Shown here: piece by piece, positions 43,533 through 54,640 of the stretch
How the letters are laid out: every line of letters begins with the position of its first letter
Numbering within the stretch: the stretch's first letter is position 1
DNA from: Candidatus Bathyarchaeota archaeon
GTDB taxonomy: Archaea > Thermoproteota > Bathyarchaeia > Bathyarchaeales > Bathycorpusculaceae
Reading direction: 5' to 3'
Assembly (NCBI GenBank): GCA_963768425.1
Contig: CAVYHV010000006.1
Coordinates: 32,001-96,000 of the forward strand
Length of the DNA: 64,000 bases
Translations under genes and position numbers: made by a program
Notes under the pieces: generated by a model
The model's input: only the letters and a program-made list of their open reading frames with translations
Database searches by the model: none
Told to the model about the DNA's origin: nothing

Positions 43533-44398
43533 GTGCCTTTGATAGCGAAGTTTGACCCTTGGCAAAGTGGACTGTGTACTTGCCCGTCCAAGCTTACTTT
43601 CAACCCTTACACGGGTTGTGATCACCAATGCATCTATTGCTACGCCTCCAGCTACATCCTAAACTTCCGGGATTGCAGACCTAAAAAAGAGTTGGTTGCC
43701 ATTTTGAAGCGTGAAGCAGCAAAGCTTAATGGCGAAACAATCTCGTTGTCAAACTCATCCGATCCGTACCCGCGTGCAGAAGTTTCTGAAGGCTTGACTA
43801 GACGGTGCCTTGAAATCCTTTCCGAGAGCAAATGTAAAATCCAAATCATTACCAAAAGTAATTTGGTGGTAAGGGATGATGATTTGCTTAGGAAGGTGCC
43901 TTCAACGGTTGCGTTAACAATAACGACCGAGGATGATACTATAGGAAAACTGATGGAGCCGTTTGCTCCTTTGCCTTCTCAGCGTCTTAGAGCAGCCAAG
44001 ATCTTATCAAGGCTGGGATACCCGTCTCGGTAAGAATAGACCCAATTATACCTTTAGTGAACGACCAGCCGCAAGAACTAATCTCTACATTGGCAAAAAT
44101 AGGCATCAAACACTTAACTTGCTCAACTTACAAGGCTAAACCAGACAATTGGATGCGTTTCGCAAAAGCTATGCCAAAAAATGCAGAAAAAATCAAACAT
44201 CTTTATTTTCAGCAAGGCGAAAAAGTAGGCGGTAATACGCTTCTGCCCAAAGAAATCAGATATAAGATTCTTAGAAATGTCCGAGAGATGGCGCTGGCAG
44301 AGGGAATAAAATTTGGGGTGTGCAGAGAAGGATTAAAAGAGTTAAACACGGCGCCTTGCGATGGGTCGTGGCTTATGCCTAAATCTAAGGAGGTTTGA
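43533..44398 (+). CDS. Radical SAM protein, spore photoproduct lyase-like (frameshift ~44000)
   Basis: NPYTGCDHQCIYCYA, SNSSDPY, ITKS, MEPFAP and RIDPIIP motifs. Confidence 0.85.
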
Positions 44399-44401
44399 CT
44401 C

Positions 44402-45498
44402 ATGCCGACTCGTGTGATTATGCTTGTGGATTTCGACTATTTCTATGCGCAATGCGAGGAGCTACGCAACCCAGCCATCAAGGACAAACCAGTTGTCGTC
44501 GGCGTCTACTCGGGACGCACAGAAAGCAGCGGAGCTGTCAGCACAAGCAACTATGTCGCAAGAAAATACGGCGTAAAATCAGGCATGCCGTTGTTCATGG
44601 CTAAGCGAAGGCTTGAGGATCTGGAACGCGGTTTTCCTGCCAGTTGACCACGAATACTACGACCAAATAAGCGACCGTATAATGCAGATTCTGAAGAGCT
44701 ACGCGTCCAGCCTAGAGCAGGTCAGCGTTGACGAGGCATACCTGGACGTTACGGAGCAAGTCCAGACCAGCTTCGAGAAAGCTAAAGATTACGCGCAAAA
44801 ACTCAAAGAAAATGTGAAGAGTCAAATCGGGATTTCTTTTTCGATTGGCGTTGGACCGAACAAGCTTGTAGCGAAGATTGCCTGCGACAGCCAGAAACCC
44901 GACGGCTTAACAATCGTGAAGCCTGAAGAAGCAAAGAGTTTCCTTGCGCCTTTAGCAGTTGATCGGCTGTTAGGTGTAGGCAAAAAAACCTCGGCGGTTA
45001 TGGAATCTTTAGGCATTAAAACAGTCGGAGACCTGGCAGCTTTCGACGTGCAACGGCTGGTAGCGATTTGGGGAAAAATACTGGGTGTCTATTTTCACAA
45101 TGCAGCTAACGCCATTGACAATGAACCCGTACAGGAACAAGGTGAAGCAGAATCTATAAGCCGTATTGGTACGTTGAAGCAGGATTCCCGTGACTTGGAA
45201 TTTGTCTTGCAAAAAACTGACGAGCTAACTGAAGATGTAGCAAAAGATGTTGCTGTGAGAAGTCTGAGTTTCAGGCAAGTCGCAATCTACGCCGTATTGA
45301 CGGATTTAAGTAGCAAAACTCGGTCTGTAACGCTGGAGCAACCAGCCAAGAGACAAAGAAACAATTAATAGGAACGTCAGGGACTTGTTTGAAAAATTTT
45401 TAGGGGAAACCCCGCTTGAAGTTCGCAGAGTCGGCGTTAAAGTCTCCGGTTTCAGCAAGGAAGAGCCCAATCAAAAGCAGCTCACACATTTCTTCTAA
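44402..45498 (+). CDS. dinB: Y-family DNA polymerase IV (Dbh/DinB), frameshifts ~44625 and ~45355
   Basis: [41 protein letters not shown] and GVGKK motifs. Confidence 0.93.
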
Positions 45499-45546
45499 AC
45501 AAGCTATTACGTAAGCAAACTTTTATTCTAATGTAGCCTCTTACAT

Positions 45547-46158
45547 TTGAAGGTCAAATCTTTGAGTCGTGAAAAGCCGAATAAGAAAAGACTGCCGCCT
45601 GACCAACAAGCAACTGGACACCTTTTACGTTGGGGCATCGACCACCCGGGCATTACCTCAACTAACCCTCAAATAAAACTTGAAACGTACACGTTAACCG
45701 TGGACGGGGAAGTAGAAAACCCAGTTGCACTGAATTGGAACGACTTTATGAAGTTGCCTAAAACCGTTTCAGTGAGCGATTTTCACTGTGTTGAGGGCTG
45801 GAGCGTTCTGGACTGCAAATGGGAAGGCGTAAAAATCAGTGATATCGAAAAACTTGTCAAACCGAAAGATGTCGCTAAAGCTGTGACTTTTGAATCGGCG
45901 GACTCGTACACAACTTCGCTTTTCCGAGAAGAACTCAAAGGCAACGATGTGCTACTTGCCTACAAGCTTAACGATGTTGTGCTTGAAGAAGGCTATGGGT
46001 TTCCTGTGCGGCTCGTAGTTCCAAGCAAATATGCTTACAAAAGCGCATTGTGGGTGGTCCATTTGCAATTTACCCGCGGCAAAGCTTTAGGTTTCTGGGA
46101 GCGCCGCGGATATAGCGACAGTGCAGACGTATGGAAAAATGACCGTTTCAGACGTTAA
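45547..46158 (+). CDS. Molybdopterin-dependent oxidoreductase (sulfite oxidase/MsrP-like catalytic domain)
   Basis: LPPDQ, DFHCVEGWS, GFPVRLVVPSKYAYKSA and GFWERRGY motifs. Confidence 0.88.
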   Translation: MKVKSLSREKPNKKRLPPDQQATGHLLRWGIDHPGITSTNPQIKLETYTLTVDGEVENPVALNWNDFMKLPKTVSVSDFHCVEGWSVLDCKWEGVKISDIEKLVKPKDVAKAVTFESADSYTTSLFREELKGNDVLLAYKLNDVVLEEGYGFPVRLVVPSKYAYKSALWVVHLQFTRGKALGFWERRGYSDSADVWKNDRFRR

Positions 46159-46304
46159 AACACAGGAGTTAGCATAAACAACACTTTGTAGTCGAATTAG
46201 TTTCGTTCGATAACTTAAAGAATACAAAATAATCCTTCCAAACGCAGAATAACGTTTATAAGCTGGCTTTAATACCGATGGGGGACATCAAAGAGGTTTA
46301 AATT

Positions 46305-46520
46305 ATGACTCAAGAAAACACAAAGGCACGACCAGACCAAAAATGCAAGCTGCTAACAGATAGTGTCACCGCCGGATGCGCCGCTATTACTGCGCAAAGC
46401 AGCAAGCAAAAAAGTGCCCTTGCACAAAAGAAAAGAAGAAGCCAAGAAAACACTTTACCTGAACAGGATATAAGCCAAAACACCGTGCTTCTTCGTAAAA
46501 CATTTTTTCATGCGGTTTAA
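46305..46520 (+). CDS. Small hypothetical protein (possibly frameshifted, Cys/Lys-rich)
   Basis: GAGG before ATG 46305 and a TATA-like TTTATA at ~46256; no family recognised. Confidence 0.3.
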   Translation: MTQENTKARPDQKCKLLTDSVTAGCAAITAQSSKQKSALAQKKRRSQENTLPEQDISQNTVLLRKTFFHAV

Positions 46521-46571
46521 TTCTTTTATACTAGATTACCATCGGCTTAAAGCATTGAGCAGGCTGTAAAC

Positions 46572-47018
46572 TTGGATTGCACTGAAGCCAAACAGGGAAG
46601 AATCTTCATTCTCAGACTTCACCAAGGAGAGCGAATTCACGAAGTTATAGAAAAATTTGCTATCGAAAAACAAGTTGCAAGCGCACTATGTTTCTTTATT
46701 GGCGGTGCGGAAGACAAAAGCAAAGTCGTTGTAGGACCGAAAGACGGTGCCGTTCTTCCTCCTGAACCGATGGTAACCCTCCTTAAAGGTGTCCACGAAG
46801 GCTGCGGAGTAGGAACCATCTTCAAAGATGAAACAGGAAAACCCAAGCTCCATATGCATGCCAGTTTTGGAAGAAATGACAACGCGGTTACAGGCTGCGT
46901 GCGCTTTGGCGTGGATGTTTGGCAAATCGGTGAAGTCGTCATATTGGAACTTGTCGATGCTTCTGCTAGGCGAGCTAAAGATGAGGAAACTGGTTTTGAA
47001 CTTTTAGACGTTGGATAG
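46572..47018 (+). CDS. PPC/DUF296 domain protein
   Basis: LRLHQGE, IGG and HMHASFG motifs. Confidence 0.88.
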   Translation: MDCTEAKQGRIFILRLHQGERIHEVIEKFAIEKQVASALCFFIGGAEDKSKVVVGPKDGAVLPPEPMVTLLKGVHEGCGVGTIFKDETGKPKLHMHASFGRNDNAVTGCVRFGVDVWQIGEVVILELVDASARRAKDEETGFELLDVG

Positions 47019-47020
47019 AG

Positions 47021-48633
47021 CTATGTTTGGGTTTGGTTGAACCGCACCAAAAAGAGCCTATTGGGCATTTGGCCGAAGAACGGTTGGTCTGTTGGGACAC
47101 CGAATCTGCCTGTGCTGTAAATCATCTGGAGAATGTCGGCGTATGTTAAAGTGGTGTTGTAGAACTGGGTGTTAGAACCGTAATCGTAAAGGATTAGGTA
47201 TTTTACGTTGCGTTGTTCGCAAAGGCTCACGAATTGGGTTATGTTGAAGTTGATTGTGTAAGCGTCGACGGCTAAGCTGGGGTATTGCCAAATTTGGTTT
47301 GGCGACATGTTTTCAGGTAAGTAAAAACGGAACATGTCTTCGTCTAAAAGGTTGAAAGCACAAACAATAACCGCAGACTGGTTCTGACCTAAATGGCTAG
47401 ATAGATAGGCGGTTGTTTCCGCTATTGGGATATTTGTTTGGTCTCGAATAGTCATTTGGTACGCGTTGTCGGCGCTGTACAGAATAGTGGATGCGGCAAG
47501 GAAAATGAAAAGCGCCGTTCCCAACTTCTTAATTGGCACTCTACTTGGCGCTACCTGCTTAGGCTGCCACGAACGGATCTTCCCATAAAGAAACATGAGA
47601 AAACTTGCAGCTGAAATGGCCAAAATCGGAAAAACCGGGTCGACGTAGCGCCATTGCCTGTTTGGAATAACCGTGAAGAAAACGTAGACTGCCAAGAACC
47701 ATGTTAGAAGGAATACATCTTGTTTTTTTCTCCGATAAGCAAACAGACCCAAGCCAGCTAAGCCTAAAACCATGATGGGTATGGAGATTGGGTGTACCGC
47801 TATATCTTGGAATGGCGAAGTTAATTCAATCAAGTAGTAAACTGGAACAAAGAATCGGTTGCTATACGCGGGGGTATTTTGGGAGCCGTTTTCCAATACA
47901 GAAGTTATGGTTTGGAATTTTGTTTGGCCGTCAATTTGGTAAACCATCAAAAACCATGGGGCGACAACCAGTATCGCGATAACAAATATTACTAAGAGTT
48001 TGGCTAAACTTATCTTCAATCTTTTTCTAACAAAATCAGCACGCTAAAAGCCATAGCTATCGCTGCTACAGCCATTTGATATTTCGCAAGAATACCTACA
48101 CCAAAGACTATGCCGCTGAAAACAAGGGCTTTGTAGTTGTTCTTAGTTATCCAAGAATAGAAAAGAAACATTAACGCTGTGAAAAAGAAAATAAGTATCG
48201 TTTCAAGCATAGTCACCCTTGAAACCCAAAAGAAACCCGGAGTTACGCCGAGCAAAATACTCGCCAGCAAAGCATTTTTTGGGCCATACATTTTATTGGA
48301 TAACTCGAATACTGCCCAGACAGCGAGCAAAGCAAAAGTAACTGAAACTAGTCTGCCGGCAACGGTGGTTACACCGAAGATTTGTATGTACCCTGTTGTG
48401 ATGAGATCGAAAAGAGGCGGGTAGTAGCCATATGTTGTCAGGTATTGGTGTGGTTGGCCACGAGCTAACAGTAAAGCGCCGAATAAGTGAGGCATTTCAT
48501 CCCATTGCGGAGACATATAGCCGAGGCTTAGGGTCAACAGGTAACCGTAGATCACGACGAAAGCGAGAAAGGCCAGTCGCCATTTATTTGCTTTGACTCC
48601 AAGTTTTATCCGGGAGGCTGCCAGAGATGTCAC
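47021..48633 (-). CDS. GT-C membrane glycosyltransferase (GT39/ArnT/PMT-like), frameshift ~48020
   Basis: WDE, YPPLF, GRLVSV, MLE, LAKY and RY..PVFP motifs; many TM helices. Confidence 0.85.
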
Positions 48634-48855
48634 TTGAAGGTTGCGTTGAACCCGGCGGGCTTGATTGTTTTATGGTCAGCCTCTCTCCCTTGCAACCACT
48701 ATTTCGTACTACGTAAAAAAGCGTTTGTTAAATTAGCCTTTGAGTCTTCAAATATTGAAAGCATCATATCCTTATTTACCCAAAAGAGTCTTATGGCAGC
48801 AGAATGAAAGGTAATGAAATCAAGCGTGCCTTGAAAAGCCGGCAAGAGCCTAACC

Positions 48856-49563
48856 ATGAAACTGTCTATCGTAATCCCTGCATATAACGAGGAAAAAAGG
48901 ATCAGACGGACTTTAGAGTGCTTGGTTGACCAGTTCAATGGTTCCTGTGAAATCTTAATCGTATCGGAAAGCAAGGATAAGACCAACGATATTGTAACGG
49001 AATTTTCCAGGAGTTCGGCGATTGTCAGACTGCTAGCCTCAAACGACCGTCTCGGAAAAGGGGGCGCTTTCAAGAAAGGGGTTGAAAACTCCCATGGCGA
49101 AATTATCATGCTTCTCGACAGCGATCTTCCAGTGCCAGTTTCAGACGTTGAGAAAGTAGCATCTTGCGTGGGCGGAACCGATATCGCTGTAGCCTCACGA
49201 GAGGTTGCCGGGACAGAAATTTTGGTTTATCCTCCCCTTGTAAGGGTCTTCGCGGGCAAAGCCTTTTCCCGAATATTCAATGCCCTATTCAACCTCAACG
49301 TCAAAGACACTCAATGTGGCTGCAAAGCCTTCAAAAGAGAGGCGCTCCAAAATGTCCTCAGCATGGTCGAGAGTAACGGCTTCGAGTTTGACGCGGAGCT
49401 ACTTTTTAAATGCAAACGCAATGGGTACACGATCAAAGAAGTTCCTGTGACTTGGAGTTACAAGCCTGATTCAAAGCTTAACCTATTTAGTGACACATTA
49501 AAGATGGGGAGGGGTGTTTTCAAGTTATGGCTGAAAACCTACATAGTCACGCAGAAGACTTAG
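48856..49563 (+). CDS. GT2 dolichyl-phosphate glycosyltransferase (Alg5-like)
   Basis: SIVIPAYNEE, GKGGA, LDSD, DTQCGCKAF and FEFDAE motifs. Confidence 0.9.
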   Translation: MKLSIVIPAYNEEKRIRRTLECLVDQFNGSCEILIVSESKDKTNDIVTEFSRSSAIVRLLASNDRLGKGGAFKKGVENSHGEIIMLLDSDLPVPVSDVEKVASCVGGTDIAVASREVAGTEILVYPPLVRVFAGKAFSRIFNALFNLNVKDTQCGCKAFKREALQNVLSMVESNGFEFDAELLFKCKRNGYTIKEVPVTWSYKPDSKLNLFSDTLKMGRGVFKLWLKTYIVTQKT

Positions 49564-50207
49564 AGCGAATTGAAGAAACCGATTTTTGGAGCAAAGTGAA
49601 AGTCAAACTAATCTTGGGTCTGGTCGAAGGCAAAGACGTTTTGGACATCGGCTGCGGCTCAGGACGGCTTTCTAAAACGTTGTTGAACAGGGGCTTTAAG
49701 GTAGTCGCAATAGATACTGATTACAAAGCGGTTGAAATTGCAAAAAAGAAAGGAATCACCGCATTTGTATCCGACATTAACGAGTGGACAACCGATGAGA
49801 AATTTGACTGCATCGTTCTTGGCGACGTGCTGGAGCATATTGAAGATGACAATTCAGCTATGAGAAAAGTTCACGGCATGCTAAAACCCAACGGTTGCAT
49901 CGTGGTGAACGTGCCGTCCTACCCGTTTTTGTTCGGCAAACACGACGTAGCTTTGGGACATAAACGAAGATACTCTGATAACGAGCTTAAAACCAAGCTA
50001 AAAGCAGCAGGATTCAAAATCGAATATTTCAGACACTGGAATTTACTTGCTTTTCCCATAACAGTATTGACCAAAATTTCCAAAAAAGATTATCCGCATG
50101 AAACAGTATCAAACATAACTGCATTGTCCAAACTTCTTGAGAAACTCTTACTGTTGGAAGCAAGAGCAAACTACTTGTTTGGTATTTCCATTCTATGCAA
50201 AGTCTAG
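49527..50207 (+). CDS. Class I SAM-dependent methyltransferase
   Basis: VLDIGCGSG, DVLEHI and HD...GHKRRY motifs typical of glycosylation loci. Confidence 0.88.
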   Translation: MAENLHSHAEDLERIEETDFWSKVKVKLILGLVEGKDVLDIGCGSGRLSKTLLNRGFKVVAIDTDYKAVEIAKKKGITAFVSDINEWTTDEKFDCIVLGDVLEHIEDDNSAMRKVHGMLKPNGCIVVNVPSYPFLFGKHDVALGHKRRYSDNELKTKLKAAGFKIEYFRHWNLLAFPITVLTKISKKDYPHETVSNITALSKLLEKLLLLEARANYLFGISILCKV

Positions 50208-50491
50208 GATGTAGTCGTTAAGGGACAGTTTGTATTTTGGCTTTCAAAGAAAAAAGCTATTTTGTTTGTTAGGCTAATGCAACCATTAGAAGTTCCATCT
50301 CCATTTTCTAAAATGAAGGTCGCGATTAGCTGTCATTGACCCCAGAACGTTCGGGATTTCTTGTTGCTATTTGGGAAATCAACAAGTTTCAATGTTTCTT
50401 CTCATTGCTTGCTTTAACGGCACATATTAAGTCCTATGGGTCCAGCAGTGACAAGCAATAGCAACTCAGAGAGCAAACCTGTTAGAATACA

Positions 50492-50932
50492 GTGTCAGCT
50501 TTTCGAGTGGATCGAGAAGAGTTGAGGTGTCTAGGTGCGAATATTGCATTAAGAGAATTGAAGGGTATACTAATTAATCGGTGGCTGCCTTTTAGTTTGA
50601 GGCTTTGGAAGTCGTTGGAAGCAAGTTGGAAAACTTTTCATCTTCAAGAACTGAATTGGCTAATATTTTTTCCCAGTACAGGAAATGAAGGCAGAAAATA
50701 CTTGTATTACTCCGTGGAGTTCACAGATCGAACCAAGGGTAATGCAAGAGCAAAAGTCTGTTTAGAAGAAATTGTGGACAATCCTGTGTTCGAAAAAAGT
50801 TATCCTCATTCCGTCGGTTATTTCAAGGGATCAGTTTATGAAAAAGAAGTGTTGGGTTCTTTTTATCTTGAGATTAGAATCATTAAGTGTATTGAGGATT
50901 TTTGGAAATTTCTAAACGATTTGGACATCTAA
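50492..50932 (+). CDS. Hypothetical protein (true start probably further downstream)
   Basis: ORF of up to 146 aa with globular composition in its last ~105 aa. Confidence 0.5.
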   Translation: MSAFRVDREELRCLGANIALRELKGILINRWLPFSLRLWKSLEASWKTFHLQELNWLIFFPSTGNEGRKYLYYSVEFTDRTKGNARAKVCLEEIVDNPVFEKSYPHSVGYFKGSVYEKEVLGSFYLEIRIIKCIEDFWKFLNDLDI

Positions 50933-51146
50933 TTAAAGTACTTGACTTCCTGCTTTGTCGATCTTATAATAAATGAGGTAATGAGGAGCTGGGCGACTTG
51001 GGGCTACGATGTGTGCGTTTTTACCATGTCAATCTTCTGAAGCGGAATTCATTGAAAATTTTTTGGTTCTCCCAAGAAGGCAGTCAAAATAAATTCCCTG
51101 TTGAGTGCCTTATGGCGGTGAAAAGCTTTTTCACGAACAATATTTA

Positions 51147-52313
51147 TCATGCCTGTGAGGCTACTGAGGCTATAATTCTTGCTGCTGTGCTCAAATCCAT
51201 CTTTCCTGTGTTCAAAACCAAATCATAATTCGCTTGATCTTCCCAATCGATGTTGTAAAATCTTCTCAGATATTCAGCCGCTGCTTTGTCATTCTCTTCA
51301 ACCAGCTTTAGAGCGTCCTCGCGACTCAATCCGCCACTCTTCATGATTCTTTCAACTCTAACCTCAACAGGAGCAATGATCCTCACGTGAAGCACGCCTA
51401 CTTTATTTTTTAATATTGCTTGTCCGCCTCGTCCTACAATAACTGTTTTTCTTCTGCTAGCCAAGTTATTGATGACCACTTGAATCACAGAGAGGCATTC
51501 ATCTTCGTCAAGGGTTTTACTGATTTGTGCATTGTCTTTCGGGTCAAGGGATGCAGCGACAAGTTTCTTGCGAAGTAAAATTCTATCTACGAGACTCGAA
51601 ACCTTGTAAGTATCTTCAGACAAGTCCGCAATGTTTTCCTCAGAAACACCAAGGCTTTTGGCCACACTTACCATCAAACTCTTGTCGAAATATGCATACC
51701 CAAGAATCTTGCTGACGTCCAATGCAATTTCGTCTCCCCCGCTGCCCACCTGCCTCGAAATCGTTATGACAGTTGGCATGACCCACGCCACTTGTTCCTC
51801 CCCTAATTTATGTTCTAAGATCTTCCTGATTTCCTCATAACTTGGTTCATCATCTGGATTATCGGAAACCCACTTCGAACGTACAATGCCATTTTCATCA
51901 AGGATGAAAATTGCCCTTTTAGCAATTGGGTAACAGCCACTTCCCCAGCAACACGCCACAAATTGGCCCTGACGTCCAGCGAAATCAGGAACCTGCAATC
52001 CGTATGTTTCGAGGACTTCACGCTTGTAGTCGCTCAGTATGGGAAACGGTAATTTGTTCTTCACGGCAAGAATCTTATTCGAGAAAGGAACGTTTACATC
52101 TACTCCAACAATTTGAGCTTTCAAATCAATCAGCCGTGCCATCGAATCTCGGAAAATACAGATTTCTTTAGTGCATGTTGAAGTAAACGCTCCAACGAAG
52201 AAAACTAACACGACTTTTTGCCCTAAAAACTCTTTTAGGTTTCTAGTTATATTTTCCGCGTCGACAAGGCTGAAATCAGGCGCCTTGTCCCCGACTTTGA
52301 CCCCATTTGCCAT
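51147..52313 (-). CDS. Peroxiredoxin (BCP/AhpC-TSA) joined to a cytidylate kinase-like family domain
   Basis: GDKAPDFSL, FTSTCTKEIC and RAIFILD, then VITISRQVGSGG, VGRGG and YDLVLNT. Confidence 0.8.
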   Translation of the reverse strand: MANGVKVGDKAPDFSLVDAENITRNLKEFLGQKVVLVFFVGAFTSTCTKEICIFRDSMARLIDLKAQIVGVDVNVPFSNKILAVKNKLPFPILSDYKREVLETYGLQVPDFAGRQGQFVACCWGSGCYPIAKRAIFILDENGIVRSKWVSDNPDDEPSYEEIRKILEHKLGEEQVAWVMPTVITISRQVGSGGDEIALDVSKILGYAYFDKSLMVSVAKSLGVSEENIADLSEDTYKVSSLVDRILLRKKLVAASLDPKDNAQISKTLDEDECLSVIQVVINNLASRRKTVIVGRGGQAILKNKVGVLHVRIIAPVEVRVERIMKSGGLSREDALKLVEENDKAAAEYLRRFYNIDWEDQANYDLVLNTGKMDLSTAARIIASVASQA

Positions 52314-52498
52314 GAAAATCAGTTCTCCCTATATATACGAAGAGATACTCTTGTATAAATGGCTAATGCATAGCTAAGAGTGCAGTTGCTTCGGAGTCGA
52401 ACTGTTGATCCTTTGTTATCTGTTGTCCCGGAAAAATACTTTACAAAAAGATTTGAACATCGTATCTCCCAATTCCATTCAAAAAATAAACAGAAACG

Positions 52499-52909
52499 CT
52501 ATTCTGTTTCAGCTGTTCCATGCCATCTTCTTTCCAAGTAAAGAATCAAACTGAAAAGACCTCGGCTGAAAATTACCAAAAGAAGCAATTCGAAGTCTGA
52601 AAAATCTCTAGTAGCCACTGTTCGGATGATTTCTGCGCCTATGAAGAAGTTTAGACTTAACGTTAAGTAACCTGATAAGTAACGAGTAGAGGATGATGCT
52701 TGATAAGGATCTTTAAGTTTAAATTGAATAAATCGGATAACTACCAAAATGGCGCCAAAAGTGATTACACCTCCGCCGAAAAGATAGAGAGCGTATTCGG
52801 CTACAGTTAACACAACAAATATTGAATCGTAAATCGAACCGCCTGAAGTGTAGGTATTTCCCACGAGCAGGTTGACAAATCCCGGATAAACAAAACTAAG
52901 GCGGCGCAA
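52499..52909 (-). CDS. DUF1622-like small membrane protein
   Basis: YLTLSLNFFIGAEIIRTV...RGLFSLILYLE pattern. Confidence 0.7.
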   Translation of the reverse strand: MRRLSFVYPGFVNLLVGNTYTSGGSIYDSIFVVLTVAEYALYLFGGGVITFGAILVVIRFIQFKLKDPYQASSSTRYLSGYLTLSLNFFIGAEIIRTVATRDFSDFELLLLVIFSRGLFSLILYLERRWHGTAETE

Positions 52910-53336
52910 AAAACAGCGGCAACACTTACAACTGATATCAAAATCAGTGCTAAGGAATTGCTTCTCGCTTTTTTTCTAATTGGCTTTCAGCCATAAAATT
53001 TAAGCAACCTGTCCCTAATTTGTTAAGGTCTTTTCCCTTATAAATTTGATTTAAAGGTCGCATGTTTATCGAGGCAAAATTACAACATGTACGAAAGAAC
53101 ATGATCAAAATGCACTCAGCGGTAACTTTTTGAAGCGTTCTTGAACATTAAATCTTAATAAACATCTGTAAAATGGATAGCCATGAAAAACTCAATGAAC
53201 AATTGCAACTTACGCAAAAATTGAAGAATGTTTTAGTCGATTGCTGATTGTGGGGTGCTCACCTACGTGTAGGTTAGGTTCACTTCTTCACGCTGCTGTG
53301 TTTTTCGATCAGGTTTCGATTCCCAGAATGTTGTCG

Positions 53337-54640
53337 CTAGTTGATTTTTGTTACGTGCGTTGAACAGGATATGCATGGATCGTAAGCTCGTACTAACATT
53401 TCTAGTGTTAACTCAATCTCTTTTTGGGGTTTTTCTGCTATCTTGGGGACGAGAGCGTTCATGTCTAATTGAATATTGGCGTGATTTTGGTTAGTTGGGA
53501 TTATGCAGTTGGCTTTGGTGCAGACTCCCTTATCATTGTAGGTGTAATCGTGGAAGAGTATTCCTCTCGGAACTTCTACTGCGCCGACGCCGGTGCCTGC
53601 TTTAACTTTGATTTCTGGTTTGTTGTAGTCGGGTTGAGTGCTCAAGCCAGTAGCTTCAAGTTCGTTTATTAGTCGTATTGAATCTTCAACACTGTGAACT
53701 ACTTCTACAAGTTGCGCTATACTATTCATGAAAGGATTATAGCAAACGGGTGAAAGATTGAATGTTGCAGCTGTCTTTTTAGCCATTGGAGATAATCGAT
53801 CATGATTGAGGTTAAATCTAGCTAAAGCACCAACCATGTATGAATCACGGACATGTTTCGCCCATTTTGCAGTTGATTGTGGAACAATGTACTCATTGGT
53901 GTAAGCAAGGTAGTCTTTCACTGGTGCGCTAGCTGTATCAGATGAGCCGAGTTTCCCGTCGTAAAGCGCGTACTCGTTGGAGTCAGTTAAGGCAATGAAT
54001 TCTGTTTCTCTTTTGAAATTAGGTAATTTATGCGACAAACTTTTGAATAATTCCGCTACTGTCTGAAGATTAGGAATAGAATCTTGCAGTTTATCTCTGA
54101 GAGCAGCCAACTCTTTCATTGACGGAATTTTTGAAAATCCACCTGGAATTAATCTTTGCGGATGCGTCGTTCTTCCGCAAATCAAGTTCGACATTTCATT
54201 TGCAGTCCTGTGAAGTTTAAGAACAATCTTAACCTCTGCAAGATTAGTCGAGGCGAGCGGAATGACCGAACCAACACCCATCAAATCTGGAAGAACGAGA
54301 AAACCCAAATGTAAAATATGGCTCTGCAAGTTTTCAGCATGCAATGCTAGCTTTCTTAGTTTCAAATCTTGATCACTAATTGTCACTCCTAAAGCTGATT
54401 CTGTGGCTTTCAACGAAGCAAGTGTATGACCAATTGAGCAGATACCACATATTCGAGAGGTAACATGATGCAGTTCGTACCATGACCTGCCGACAACCAT
54501 GGCTTCGAAGAATCGTGGTGCTTCTGGAATACTCCACTCACATTTCTCTACGATGCCATCCTTAATTTTTACAGAGATATTTCCATGCCCTTCAACTCTG
54601 GTTACATGGTGGACATTTACTTCAACATTTGAATTTTTCA
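53337..54640 (-). CDS. hydA: Group 3b [NiFe]-hydrogenase (sulfhydrogenase) large/alpha subunit
   Basis: RVEGHG, RICGICSIGH, EVPRG and DPCISCSTH motifs. Confidence 0.92.

Noticed and set aside
53261-53274. ACCTAC-GT-GTAGGT inverted repeat downstream of hydA
   Set aside because: Short, single copy and without a U-tract; no function can be supported.
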